Shown one piece after another: positions 37,860-49,227 of a DNA stretch of 64,000 nucleotides. The stretch lies in assembly GCF_032191835.1 (NCBI RefSeq), contig NC_083228.1, positions 83,824,001 to 83,888,000 of the forward strand, given 5' to 3'. Numbering within the stretch: the first letter of the stretch is position 1; each line of letters begins with the position of its first letter. The notes below the pieces were generated by a model. The model worked only from the letters and a program-made list of their open reading frames with translations. It had not been told where the DNA came from and did no database searches. Made by a program: the position numbers and the translations under genes. This DNA is from Heteronotia binoei. Its lineage: Eukaryota.

Positions 37860-37956
37860 ATTCAGGATGAAGCCTTCCTTTGGGAAAAAGAAGATACTTC
37901 TGTTGAAGAAAAGGAAAAAGAGGAAGGGGAAGAAGAGGATAAAGAAGACAAAGCAG
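37860..37956 (+). CDS. NME9: NME9-like coding exon 6, acidic linker (IQDEAFLWEKEDTSVEEKEKEEGEEEDKEDKA)
   Basis: Begins like human IKDEAL; purine-rich; cag acceptor and ag|gtgtgt phase-1 donor; read-through would stop at TGA 37971-37973. Confidence 0.8.
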
Positions 37957-40900
37957 GTGTGTGGTTCTGCTGAATGCCATGGTCAGCATCACTGTTAAGT
38001 TCTCTTGGTACATGACAGTGAAAGATCTAAAATGCTTGAGATGTCACTGTTCTCCCGTGGTGGACTGGGATGTTAAAATAACCAGAGAGGAAGAAGAGTC
38101 AAGTGGTTCCTGCAATGCTGCAAGCACTGTGGGGCCTACTTGGCTCTGCTTTCTCCTAGGCACCAGTAACCATCCTGGGCAGAAACTTCCCAGGCAAACC
38201 CCAGGTGTTCACCCCACCCCAGGTGTTCACTTCTTTCTCTAGCAACCCGTGCAATCCTAAGCAAAGTTACATCCTATTAAGACCATGGACTTCAGTGGTC
38301 TTACAAGGGTATAATTCCAGTTGGCACTGCAGTTAACATACTCCTCCTGATGCTGCAGCTTATGTTGGACATCTGCTTTTACCTACTCAGAGATGCACAT
38401 GTTTCTTCTAAATCAGTACTCTTGGCTGCCAAGTAGTAGCTTCCCTTACCCTTTTTATTGCTTCACATTTCCAGTTTTGGCTGGTTTAACAATGCTTAGT
38501 TTGTTCCCTTTACCATTTCCCCCTTAAAAAATTATTAGAAAATTGAAGTTATTGGAATCCAGTGAAAGGCCCATGGAGAGCACTTGCTGACATGGATTTT
38601 TCCTGCCTCCCCATTCTCCCAGCAGTCATGGAAAAGCTAATGTTGAAGATTATGGGACTTGCATGGACAAAAAGGCACACAGTGCAGGGTCTGTTGTGAG
38701 GAAGATTCAGATGATATTGCTTCCACCTGCCTCATGCACCAATGACATCTCTTGTGCCAGCCAAAGCACAGTTGCCGTAACAGAAAAACAAAGAGAATTT
38801 TAGCTAGTTCCCCCTCTTTACTGCAGCGTTTTGTTCATGTGGGTTTTTCAGCCTCCAACAGCAGCTTTTCTGAAGTGTAAGGGAGTTGTTGGTAGAAGGA
38901 GGGCAAACAAGATCTGCTTCACTGAAGACTGTTGCACTCATGCTTCAGTGGATCTTTTTATAGGCTTATACTTTTAACTGCTCTAAGACATCAAGGGAGG
39001 ATGCAGCCTCTGTGATTCTTCTTGCCATTCCATTTGTCCACCTTCTTTTCTTCTGCTTGCTGTAGCAAGCACAAAGAAGAAGGTGACAGAATAGGGGTCA
39101 TGGCACAGTGATGCCATCCCCTTTTAGTACCTTATGCCATTTAAAGCTAAAGGCAGACTCCAGTCAAAACAGGGCAAGCTTAGTGATTTAGCTTTGTAAA
39201 TCCCACATTGGGTATTCAAGAGGAGTGTCTTTGACCCACGTTTTCACTTCCCTTATGTATGGAATCTTGTCCAAAGGAAAGAGATTCGTGTATCTCCCAT
39301 AGGGAGATGCATACTGCATAAGCACCACGCTTGAAAAGGTACAAGCAGCAGCCAATAATGTATCTTTTAGCAAGACACTGAAACTCAGGCCTTTTATTCC
39401 TGCCAACACTTTCCAATGGAAGCCTGCTGTGCCTGCAGCTGCCAATGCAGTGCAGTGACAACAGAGTTTCCAGATGGCAGCCATCCCACATTTTCTTTGC
39501 CCCAAACCCCATGATGACTGTTCCTCCCTTCTCCCATTCTGATATACCATTATATCAATTGCTAATTTAAAAAAACCTCCCCCCTCCCCAAGAAAAACCC
39601 TGGTGGCATGTGGGGGAGGATAGCTGCTGCAGGGTCTAAGGCAGGGAAAATGGCTGCTGTGTGGGAAGGACTGGGAAAATCCAGACTCTGTGCACCCTAC
39701 AGCAGCCAGCCAACTACAATGCTGTGAGAAAGCAGGGGGGAAAGTTCACTTAAATTACCAACAGCATCGAACCTGAGGGAGGATCACCCATGTGGCAACA
39801 GCCTCAAATGAATTATCCAGGGTAATGCATTAGCTGAGAGAATTTCTCTCTCTTGCTTGTCAGGAAACCAGGCCCTGTTTCCATTTCCATCTTGGCACCA
39901 CTGTTTGAAGCCTTGCTATGCTTGTTCAGCGGACTTCCTCATAGCATCACTGACTTTTTGGAACTATTAAGGAGGTTCCACTGAGCCCAAACCTATTATT
40001 TGCCAGAAAGTGGTGTACAACATAGTAATGTTTTAAAAGTATTTAATTAAAACCAGAGCAGTCGTATGCAGGATTATTTCAATCTAAGCATATTGATTTC
40101 AGTGGCCTTAGACTGGTATAAGTCTGCATAGAGTTGCACTGTTACTATGTTTGCTTTTATAAAATTTTAACAGAATGTCATTTTATGATTTTTACGAAGT
40201 TCAATAGATCTAGCCACTTTTTCACTCAGTCTTGTCCAATTGCCCTCCTTACTACTACCCCATATGGTGGTCCCATGATCACAGCATAGCCTTGTTAGTT
40301 GGCAGTGGTGGTCCTTTTTCATAACCAGAAAACCTGGCTGAATCCATCCTGCTGAACTGTTCATTTAGTGGTATGTGTTTTAATAATTCTGTAAACCATC
40401 ACAAATAATGGAGAATAGAGAAAATGTAATTAATGAATTTTTTACACTTAAAAGTAATTGAACAAAATTCATTTTGCATTTTGTTGTCCAAAATTCTAAA
40501 CACTGAATACAGGTGGTGAGTTTAGCTCTGGGTTAAATTAAGTTCTGCTCCAGTGATGTAAAAACGACTCAGGAGACAGATGGCCTTGACTGGCAGTCAT
40601 CTGCTAGCTACTCTGCCACTTAGGCCTGCCTCCAGAGATTGCCCATTGCTAATATCTCATGCATGATGGGTCCTTGTCTTTTTACTCCACAGTTCTTGAA
40701 TTTGTTTATTATCATATGATGAACTAGCTAATCCTATCTATGAAATCAAGTTCAACCAGCATATTATTTATTTACTTCATTTATAATTCTACCTTTATAA
40801 TTCAAACTCAAGGAAGACATATGTGAAAATATATACAATACTGATTTAAAAGATTAGTTACTGAGCATGCAACTTTGTAAAATCCAATAATGACCCATTA

Positions 40901-42760
40901 TGCATGCACAGCTTACTGCAGATTTTCCGAGAAATAAGCCTTTAAGCTTGATTTTGGATTCTGTTCCCGCCCTTATGCACAATTCTTTTTCATTCAGCAG
41001 CTACAGTTTAATATATATATATTTTTTAAATCAGGGTGGAGCATCACTTGTGACAGGGGGTGATGTCCAAAGGTTTTTTTTTTGTTAATTTATGCAATTG
41101 CCCTATTGCAGCTGCATAGTAGCATCCAGCAAGCATCTTCCATTTAAATCCTTCTGGTTCAGGTTTTGTGCATGCATTTTAGCTTTAGTTTGCTGGATGA
41201 AAGGTAACAGAAAGGAACCCAGGCAAATGGGGAAAACCCACTGTTAAAATTGACCAGACTTTTTCTACAACTGACAAGCAGCTGCAAAGCCCCGCTTTCC
41301 ATATTGTCAAGTACTAGGGGATTCTCTGCTGTGTTATCGACCACTGTGAAAGATGGGAAAGAGTTACACAGTCTCATAATATGGGGGAACATGATGAGTA
41401 TACAGAATGCATGGTAGATCCCACTGACACTGGAAGCTGTGATTGTTGGCAACATGTGTTTGTGTGTGTGATTATGTTTAGAGGTTCTCAGAAGGTCCAT
41501 GGGACTCAGCTGCCATTTGAATGTTAGGCTTCCAGAATAGCTCCCCCTAACTTTGTTTACTAAAGCATTAAAGGGGAGAATGTTTTCTTGGTAGGTAAAC
41601 TATTTTTTTAATTAAAGATTTTAGAGGGAGAGTTACACAAGGCATGGCAGTAATCTCAATCAAGTAGGGCTGCACAAGCAAATCCTAAATAAATGCTTCA
41701 CTTTAGCACAAAAATCAGTGGAACCCAATCCTAGGCATGCCTACTTAAAAGTAAGTCCCATAGAGTTCTGTGGGGCTTACTCCTAAGTAGGTATTCCTGG
41801 GATTTCAGATTGCAAGTATTCATTTGAAACTCTGCATTCTATTGATTTCTTAAGCAACACTTGTGGTGAGGCCCCCTGCATAAAAGGCAATGAGTTAATG
41901 ATGAAGAGGAACCTGATCCTAGGCATGCCAGGCATGCCTACTTAGAAGTAAGTCCCATTGAGTTCTGTTGGGCTTACTCCTTGAGTAAGTATTCCAGCCT
42001 GCAAGTAATTGTTTGCAACTCCACTCCTTTTAAATTTTCCTCATGTTGTTTTAATTTTTTTTACAAGTGGCATGAGACTAGTGTTAGTTTCATATCACTA
42101 GACTTATGCAGCTTGTAAAAAAAGTAAAATGAGGGAGAAATGGAGCTTGTACACCGATGAAGGGGGGAGAAGAGGTTTAGGTTTATTGGATTTATATCCC
42201 GCCCTCCCTGTCGAAGCAGGTGCAGGGCCTCTCACAATGGTGGAAGGTGCAGAGTGGGTGCACTGACCTCAGTGTGGGCAGTAAAGTGGCCTTTGAGAGG
42301 ATAAGAAAACAGTGGTTGGAGGGAAATCCAAGAGAATCTCTATGCTTTTGAATTACCTTCCGCTTGGAAGCAAAGCAAGAGAAAAAACAGCACAACAGCA
42401 CTCTCAGAAAACTTTGAAAACACCAACCAGAAAGCAACCGGAGAGCTGAAAGGAGGAAAAATAATACCAAATAAAAAAGAAAATCCAGTGAACATGCACG
42501 GTGAAAGTGAGACAAAACACCCGTGCATAATAGGTCAATGTCAAATAGTGATTGCTTTAAACAAGGATGGGCTAGGAAGTTAAAATAGCCCTCCTCTAGG
42601 GTTGCCAACCTCAGGTAGGAAATTCCTGGAGATATGGAGGCAAAATATGGGGAGGGTGGAGTTTGGGGAGGGGAGGGAGCTTGACAGAGATGTCATGTTA
42701 TAGAGTCCATCCTTCAAAGTTGCAATTTTCTGGGAGAATGCCAGGCCCCACCTGGAGGCT

Positions 42761-43826
42761 ATACAACACACAGAGAGTAACACAGCAAAAGGACAAAAAA
42801 ATCAAAGGTACATAACCCACCATGAAAACCAGCTTCTATTATTAAATTATACAAGGTCAACAAAAATAAACACAAATTCCATCATCATAAATTACAAAAC
42901 AACCATAATTTTTAGTCCTTAATAGAAAAGGAAGCAATAGCACCAAGAGTCTTTCTTTTCATCCTATGGTAAAACTTCCCATCTTATTCCATGCAATCCT
43001 GGTGTAGAACTCCAGATGTTTAATGTCTGTCCAAAGATGCAGCCAATAATCCAAGTTTCCAAGGACAAGGTCGTACTAAACCCTTGTTTCGCGTGAGCGT
43101 CTTCAAGCTGCAACAATCCTGAATAACATGAATAATATACAATGATACAACCATATGCACATAAGCCATAAAAAATTTTAAACCCTGAATAAAATCAACA
43201 AACCTCTTAGTAATTTCTCTTAAGTGTTAGGCCAAATAGCCAGCATATTTGAAGGAACACCTACAAGGTGCTAGAGTGAGTCATGCTAAATGGCTTATAT
43301 GCAGCAGGTGCAACAATTCAAAAAGTTCCTTAAAGCTACAGAGTACCCAGCTACAGTAATGCTAAAAACTTATTATAACAAATATCCAAAGCACATGCCA
43401 ATAAATTATTTTATAAACAGTATATTTTATAAAAAACATGCCAAATCCCAATCACTATTTAAACCATGAGGAAACATCATCCCTAATTTAAAGATCATGC
43501 GCATCTCCTTCTGATGTAACCATCTGCTACAATCCATCCTACCTTGCAAACGCATTGGAAACTTAAGAAGTACACAAAAACGTAGAGCACTTCATTCAGT
43601 TTAATCATGATCCAGACTCTTTTTTACCATAGGATGAAAAGAAAGTTTTACCATAGGATGAAAAGAAAGACTCTTGGTGCTATTGCTTCCTTTTCTATTA
43701 AGGACTAAAAGTTATGGTTGTTTTGTAATTTATGATGGTGGAATTTGTGTTTATTTTTGTTGACCTTGTATAATTTAATAATAGAAGCTGGTTTTCACGG
43801 TGGGTTATGTACCTTTGATTTTTTTG
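42761..43826 (-). mobile_element. 5-prime truncated Penelope-like retroelement with inverted terminal duplication, inserted in a TAGGGTTGCCA MITE
   Basis: 14-bp TSD cccacctggaggct (42747-42760, 43827-43840); minus strand encodes the GIY-YIG C-terminal motif LHQKEMRMIFKLGMMFPHGLNSDWDLACFL* (stop 43427-43429); 184-bp inverted arms 42794-42977 and 43643-43826. Confidence 0.85.
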
Positions 43827-45086
43827 CCCACCTGGAGGCTGGCAATCCTACCTGGAACAAGCCAATCTGTGTGGCCCTTGTTGCACAACAACTTGGTGCT
43901 ACAGGGCTACTCAGCTCAGCACCACCAGCAATGGACCTTCTCCCACAAACGGGAGGTTGTGCAGGAGGAGGCAAGCAGCGAATTGACACCAATTATCATT
44001 TCCACTGAAAAGGCTGAGACAAGTGGCCTTCTAGGCACTGGTAGAGTTGTTGGGGCTTGGCCCTGCACACTTCTTGCCCCCAAGGGTAGCAGCACACTGA
44101 GAAATTTCCCTGTGAGTCCACCCATGACTTCGAACCTTAAAGAATTTGTGGAGTGGTTGTGCAAATAAATGCATCTTTCTGTCTCTCATTGTATTTAATA
44201 TAATGGTAGAAGCCCAGTTGAAGGCTCTGGACTCCTGTACTAAAGTAACCTTGGTTTCCTTTCTTTCCAATATGCTTAGGGAAAAACACACATCTATATT
44301 TGCTGTAACTTTAGCTGCAGTGTCATTAAGCTTTGACTGTAAAAAATTAAGTACAGAGTGAAAATAGATGAATATTTAATTTCACAGTCATGCTGTGTAG
44401 TTCAAAGACTGAAACAACAATTTTGCCATTTAAAAATCAAACAAATATTGTTCCTTTGATGTTGCCTTCAATATTTACATTGCTTTCTTTTTATAATTTC
44501 TTCCTCTCTTTTCTTCCTAGATTAAGTCACCCATTTATCTTCCAGAACTGGCTTTCCAACTGCCATTTTAAAGATGATGAAAAATGTTATGTTTTTCTAT
44601 TGTAGTAGAGGCAAAAAAGAAGGGTAAAGGTGTTGGCAACTCACTGTCAAAAAGGGGGAAAGTATGTTTCAGGTAGAGGCAGTCTGTGTCAAAATTCATG
44701 TTACTACAGGGGGAAAAAAATCCTGAGCAGATCTACTTGGAAGTAAGTTCCATTTTATCCAATTTAAATTATAGTTTTCCCACTCTTAGGAAAGTGTTCT
44801 CAGAACTACAGCCTTAATGCTTAACCATCATTAATCACAATATAATGGTCTTCTGAATAATGCTACAAGTATACAATTGAGAAACAGTTGTACAGTAATT
44901 AGTGCCATATTAATTTGTGCAGTTCTAGGGGGTGCAGTTTGGTTGATTGTTGATTTTGAACCTACTGTGAGACATATGACACATATCTTTTATCTCCAGA
45001 GCTTTGCTATTTGCTTCACTGTAATGTTTGCTTCAGAACAATGAAGCTTTTCCTGGCTTTCTCCATCAGATGTTTCCATGCTGAGG

Positions 45087-45284
45087 CAGGGCTTTTTTGT
45101 GGTGAAACTCACTGGTACTGAATATCAGCATTCGGCACCTTTTTTCAGGACTCTCCCAAGTCCTGATCTTTATGTGCTGCACCACCTCACTCAGCCAGAG
45201 AGAAGGGAACCTCAGGAATAGCCTGAGTGGGCATCTACAGCTGGAAATAAATGCTGGCACTTTTTTAAAACAAAAAAAGCACTG
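45087..45284. mobile_element. hAT-like MITE (CAGGGCTTTTTT TIR family)
   Basis: TIRs cagggctttttt / aaaaaaagcactg; TSD tgctgagg / tgttgagg. Confidence 0.7.
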
Positions 45285-45404
45285 TGTTGAGGTAATCTAA
45301 AACAGAACAGAATAATTAGCAATTCTGCAAACCTTCAGGGTATCAAATAATCAACAGAACTGTACATTTGTGGCAGCTATCTTTAACCCAGCTATGGTTG
45401 TCAT

Positions 45405-45523
45405 CAGGCCTTTTTTTGTAGAAAAAGCCCAGCAGGACCTCATTTGCATATTAGGTCACACCCCCAACACCAAGCCAGCTGGAACTGTGTTCCTGTGCAT
45501 TCATGCTAAAAAAAAAAGCCCTG
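45405..45523. mobile_element. hAT-like MITE with octamer/CACCC module
   Basis: TIRs caggccttttttt / aaaaaaagccctg; TSD gttgtcat / gttgccat; contains ctcatttgcatattaggtcacacccc. Confidence 0.8.
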
Positions 45524-45798
45524 GTTGCCATAGTAATATTACAGTTAATTTCAGTTTATAATATGTAGGATTTACAGTTATTTTCTAACCTTAGTAGGGG
45601 CTGCAGTTTTTATGTAAATTAACAATTGTCACCTTGGATTCCAACATGGCAGGCACACACACATTGGCAACATGACTTTCAACCACAGGTAGCCAACTTC
45701 TATCAGAAATATACTTTTGCTGCTCATGGCAATGAGTTGACAGTGGCAATAAGATCCAGGAGACATTATTGATAAATTAATGTTATGATTACTGTTTT

Positions 45799-45840
45799 AA
45801 TAAAGAAATTCTAATACATATGTTGTTGTTTTTTCTTTTT
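45799..45840 (+). terminator. Candidate polyadenylation signal with downstream GU/U-rich element
   Basis: AATAAA then tgttgttgttttttctttt about 17 nt downstream. Confidence 0.4.
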
Positions 45841-46329
45841 CACATCTACACTTTAAGCTATCTGACCATAGTAAAATGCCAAAGGATGCTTCATGAACCA
45901 AAGATTTATTTATTTACACTCCAGTATTTTTCTCCAGTGGGAACCTGAAGCAGCCAAAAATACTTATCTGGAAATAAGCCCCATTGAACACACAGTGCAA
46001 TTTTATGCTGCCTGTCCATTAAAGTTAATGGGTATAGACTGGTGTAACATTGCATACGACTGCACTGTTACTCTCCTACTTTGCCGTCGGAAAGGTAGGC
46101 TCCAAATCTAAACACACAAGGGATGAAGTCCTACTAAATTTAATGAGATTAATTTCTGAGTTTAAGTGTTTAGGATTGCACGGGTACATTCCTAAGGGTT
46201 TACTCTCAGGAAACTGATCACTGTATCTCACGCCACTTACAGTTGGAATATGGTACACAAAATCATGAAGCCTCTACTGGAGTTTTTGCTTTGTTTTCTA
46301 GCGATGTTTTTGTTTGAACACGGGGAAAT

Positions 46330-46920
46330 TTTACCTTCGATTTTACCTTTCCATTCCTGATGCGGGGAAGGGCGAGCGGGCGAAGACAGAAACCCCTAGT
46401 TCTATTAATACATTTTAAGAAAACCGTATCATTAAATAAATCGTGTTCAATGAACATTTGAGATTCAAATTGATACTATTCGTATGCGACATCTCCCATC
46501 CATCGCCAGTCAAAATACAAAGGAATTCAATTATTACGAGAATACCGAGTTTAGGGCAATTTCCGGAGCTCATTTTTACGCCGGAGCCAGAAGAGGGCGC
46601 GATGAAATCTGAAGTTTAGCCGGCAGAAACGTCTGCGCTGTCCCTTTAAACGGACGCCGGGCAAGAGGCTGCGGTGGCTCGGGCGGAAGTAAATGGCTGC
46701 GGTTGAAAGATCAAGGGGGTGGTAGCGGCAGGATTCTTGGGTTGTGAGGAAACCCCTGGGTATGTGACCGGGTCCACCCTGTTTGTCTCTTTTGTAGCGT
46801 CAGCCCGCTAAGCCTGACAGGATCCGAATTTGTGACGCTCCTCGTGGTCGGGTCGAGTACAGTCAGCCTCTTGTCAGAAGCCAAGAAACGGCAAGACCAG
46901 GCAGCAGTGTCCTGGCTTTA
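46330..46920 (+). promoter_or_regulatory. VPS8: CpG island, VPS8 promoter and non-coding first exon
   Basis: CpG-rich; ETS/GABP site GCGGAAGT (46683-46690) followed by YY1-like AAATGGCTGC; candidate donor g|gtatgt near 46759. Confidence 0.75.
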
Positions 46921-48828
46921 TTAATTTTAGTCGGCTGTCTTAAAAGGTGTTAGTGTGTTTTCTTATATGTGCATCATTGTGTGAGGTTGTGTCATCTGTG
47001 TGTGTGTGGCGGGGGGCGGGGTTTAATACAATAATTCTTAATTTAAATATTTTTATTCTGTTTTTCTTTCCAGTAGGGACCCAAGTGACTTCTTTAATAT
47101 GAAAATGTCAGTTATCAACATACAGTTTAAATAAGCAAACGAAAGGGGTGGGAACCTCGTGAAAAGCAGCACAGCACTCTACAGCCTGGACTATTCTAGG
47201 ATCTGAGAGACCCTCACTTGGGTTTAAGAATTAAATTAAGGAGCCTTTAATGTGTGTCTCCAATAGGCTAAGTACTTGTAAACAGTGGAGGAACCTAGGC
47301 TTTGCTCAGATTTTATTTAACAGTCCTAAAGAAGTTGAGAGAGCAGCCTGATGTGTGTCTGGTTTTATTCTCATAACTTGCAGTTTATTGCTGTTCCAGG
47401 GTCAGAGCTGCCACTATGTTATCCTGGAGCATTAAAATGCCCCTGTGTCTTTGTTACAGTGTTTGCATTTAGAGGAAGATGTCAGACTCTTTCACTTCCT
47501 ATACCCTTTCACTTTCCAGGACAAACTTCAGTGAAGCTCCTTAATCTTCTTCTATTATTGAAATGATAGCCGAGTTCCTGCATGCCCCCTTTTTCATCTC
47601 TTCTCCTGTTGTTGGTTTGCATTTGTGAAAAACAGTTAGATTTGCTCAGGGGTCGTTTTGTAGAAAAATAGGTGGTGGAGCTCATCCAGGGACTGTTATG
47701 CAGCTGTACCTACTATTCAATGGACAAGGAGGAGGAGGGGGAACCCTCAGAAAGGTTCAGGAGCTGTGCTCCTGTGAGATCCTGCTGAATCTGAGGCCTG
47801 GATTTGCTTATATTTTGCTTCTAACCAAATTGAAGACCACAAAGGAAAGTCAATTTGCAATGGCATTTCAGCCTTCCTGTGGTTTACAGTGCGAGAGTGA
47901 TTTTGGTCTAAGTAACCTGAAGTAATTTAGGGGCCTGCTTTCATGCTGTTACTCTGTAAAATGCCAGAAACATTGATACTTCTGTATTTAGATGATATTT
48001 GCTCTTAGTTTAGCGGCATGTTCTCATGGCTGTTTGGAAGCAGGCTTGATGAGCATTCTCTGACAGAGTGGGAAAGGAAAGGTCCCCTGTGGAAGAACCA
48101 GTCATTTCCGACTCTGGGGTGACGTTGCTTTCACAGCGTTTTCTTACACTATCAGAGTGGACAGCCTGCTAAAAACCTGTTAATGTAAAGCTTGAGAATC
48201 AGCATTTGCATTGTGGGCAGTTGTTTACTCATAATGTAGTCTGTTGGTGGTGACTATTGGAGGTTTATGCTTTGAATGGAATATGGAAATCTATATTCAA
48301 CTACAGTCTGATGGGGGAAGGTGAGGGTAGGATGGAGAGGCGAGCTAGAGGGGTTGTGGGATAGCAGGTGAGGGGACTATGAATTGGAGGGTGATTTTAG
48401 TTTGTATGTTTTAATATGTGCTGATTTCCTGTGATTAATTAAAGAGATGGGTCTCTTTGAAGGACTAGTATGGATGGTACAGTCCATACAGCTAACTTGT
48501 GAGATGTGCCTCTGCTGACACCCAGGAAAATGTACCTATTTTTCTTTACATACTGCAGATTTAGTAATAAAAGACTAAATTGATAGTGTGAGAAACTACT
48601 GTATACAAATATTCTGGCTCTTAAGTAAATTAGTGGTTATTATTCATTAACTGTGATGTATTCACATAATCTGGATGTTTATTTGCTGCAAGCTTTCCCG
48701 AGTGACAGCAATGTGCCTTAGATGCAGTATGTAATTTGATCAATAGAAATTACAGATCTGTGGACCCTGGAAGCAAACAAGCTTTAATATCCTTCTATGA
48801 ACTGTCTTAAGAGGTGGGGACAGGAGAA

Positions 48829-48990
48829 ATGGAAGATGAAATGATGATGGAGAATCAAAACCTTGATGCAGACCAGGGCTCTTGCTCTGTGACAGATGAA
48901 TTAAGTCATCAGCTCTTGAGCCAAGAAGCCCCTTCTCCAAAGCTGTCTGTGATTGAATTGAGCAAGGAGCTAGAGTCCAAGAGTGATTTG
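48829..48990 (+). CDS. VPS8: VPS8 first coding exon (MEDEMMMENQ...SKELESKSDL)
   Basis: Ends like human DKELEFKNDL; gtaag donor; start ATG uncertain among several nearby ATGs. Confidence 0.8.
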
Positions 48991-49181
48991 GTAAGACAAG
49001 TTGTTGCCATTTTCTGTTTGTGCAGAAAAATCTGCATTCTACATTTGTGGCTGTTCTGTACATTCCGTAGCTAATGTACTATATGCCTACATGTTTTGCT
49101 GTCTGCTTTTATATTCTCAGGTGATTAACTTTTTATTAGTCAGATACACTTGTTTTAAGTTAATAGCACAGTTAAGTATAC

Positions 49182-49184
<3 letters not shown>

Positions 49185-49227
<43 letters not shown>

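Larger units (their letters stand above)
44521..45820 (+). other. Candidate terminal exon/3-prime UTR of the NME9-like gene
   Basis: Long polypyrimidine tract plus tag at 44519-44520; a phase-1 join to exon 6 gives GAT TAA; AATAAA at 45799-45804 followed by a GT/T-rich tract. Confidence 0.35.

Noticed and set aside
38335-38410. PDAAAYVGH in one plus frame, faintly like IKPDAVAHG of the NDK domain
   Set aside because: In-frame stop just upstream, no IIK, no suitable acceptor; similarity too weak
39188-39550. 120-aa minus-strand ORF (…ASPYGRYTNLFPLDKIPYIREVKTW…) in the interval where NDK exons were sought
   Set aside because: Wrong strand for NME9, no recognisable domain or splice structure; probably a chance ORF
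39850-39972. Pyrimidine tract plus cag acceptor giving GNQALFPFPSW…NY* in phase 1
   Set aside because: Possible alternative terminal exon, but no homology and no nearby poly(A) signal; weaker than the 44521 candidate
42192-44291. Several 65-138 aa ORFs around the Penelope insertion
   Set aside because: No domain match; they overlap repeats or low-complexity sequence
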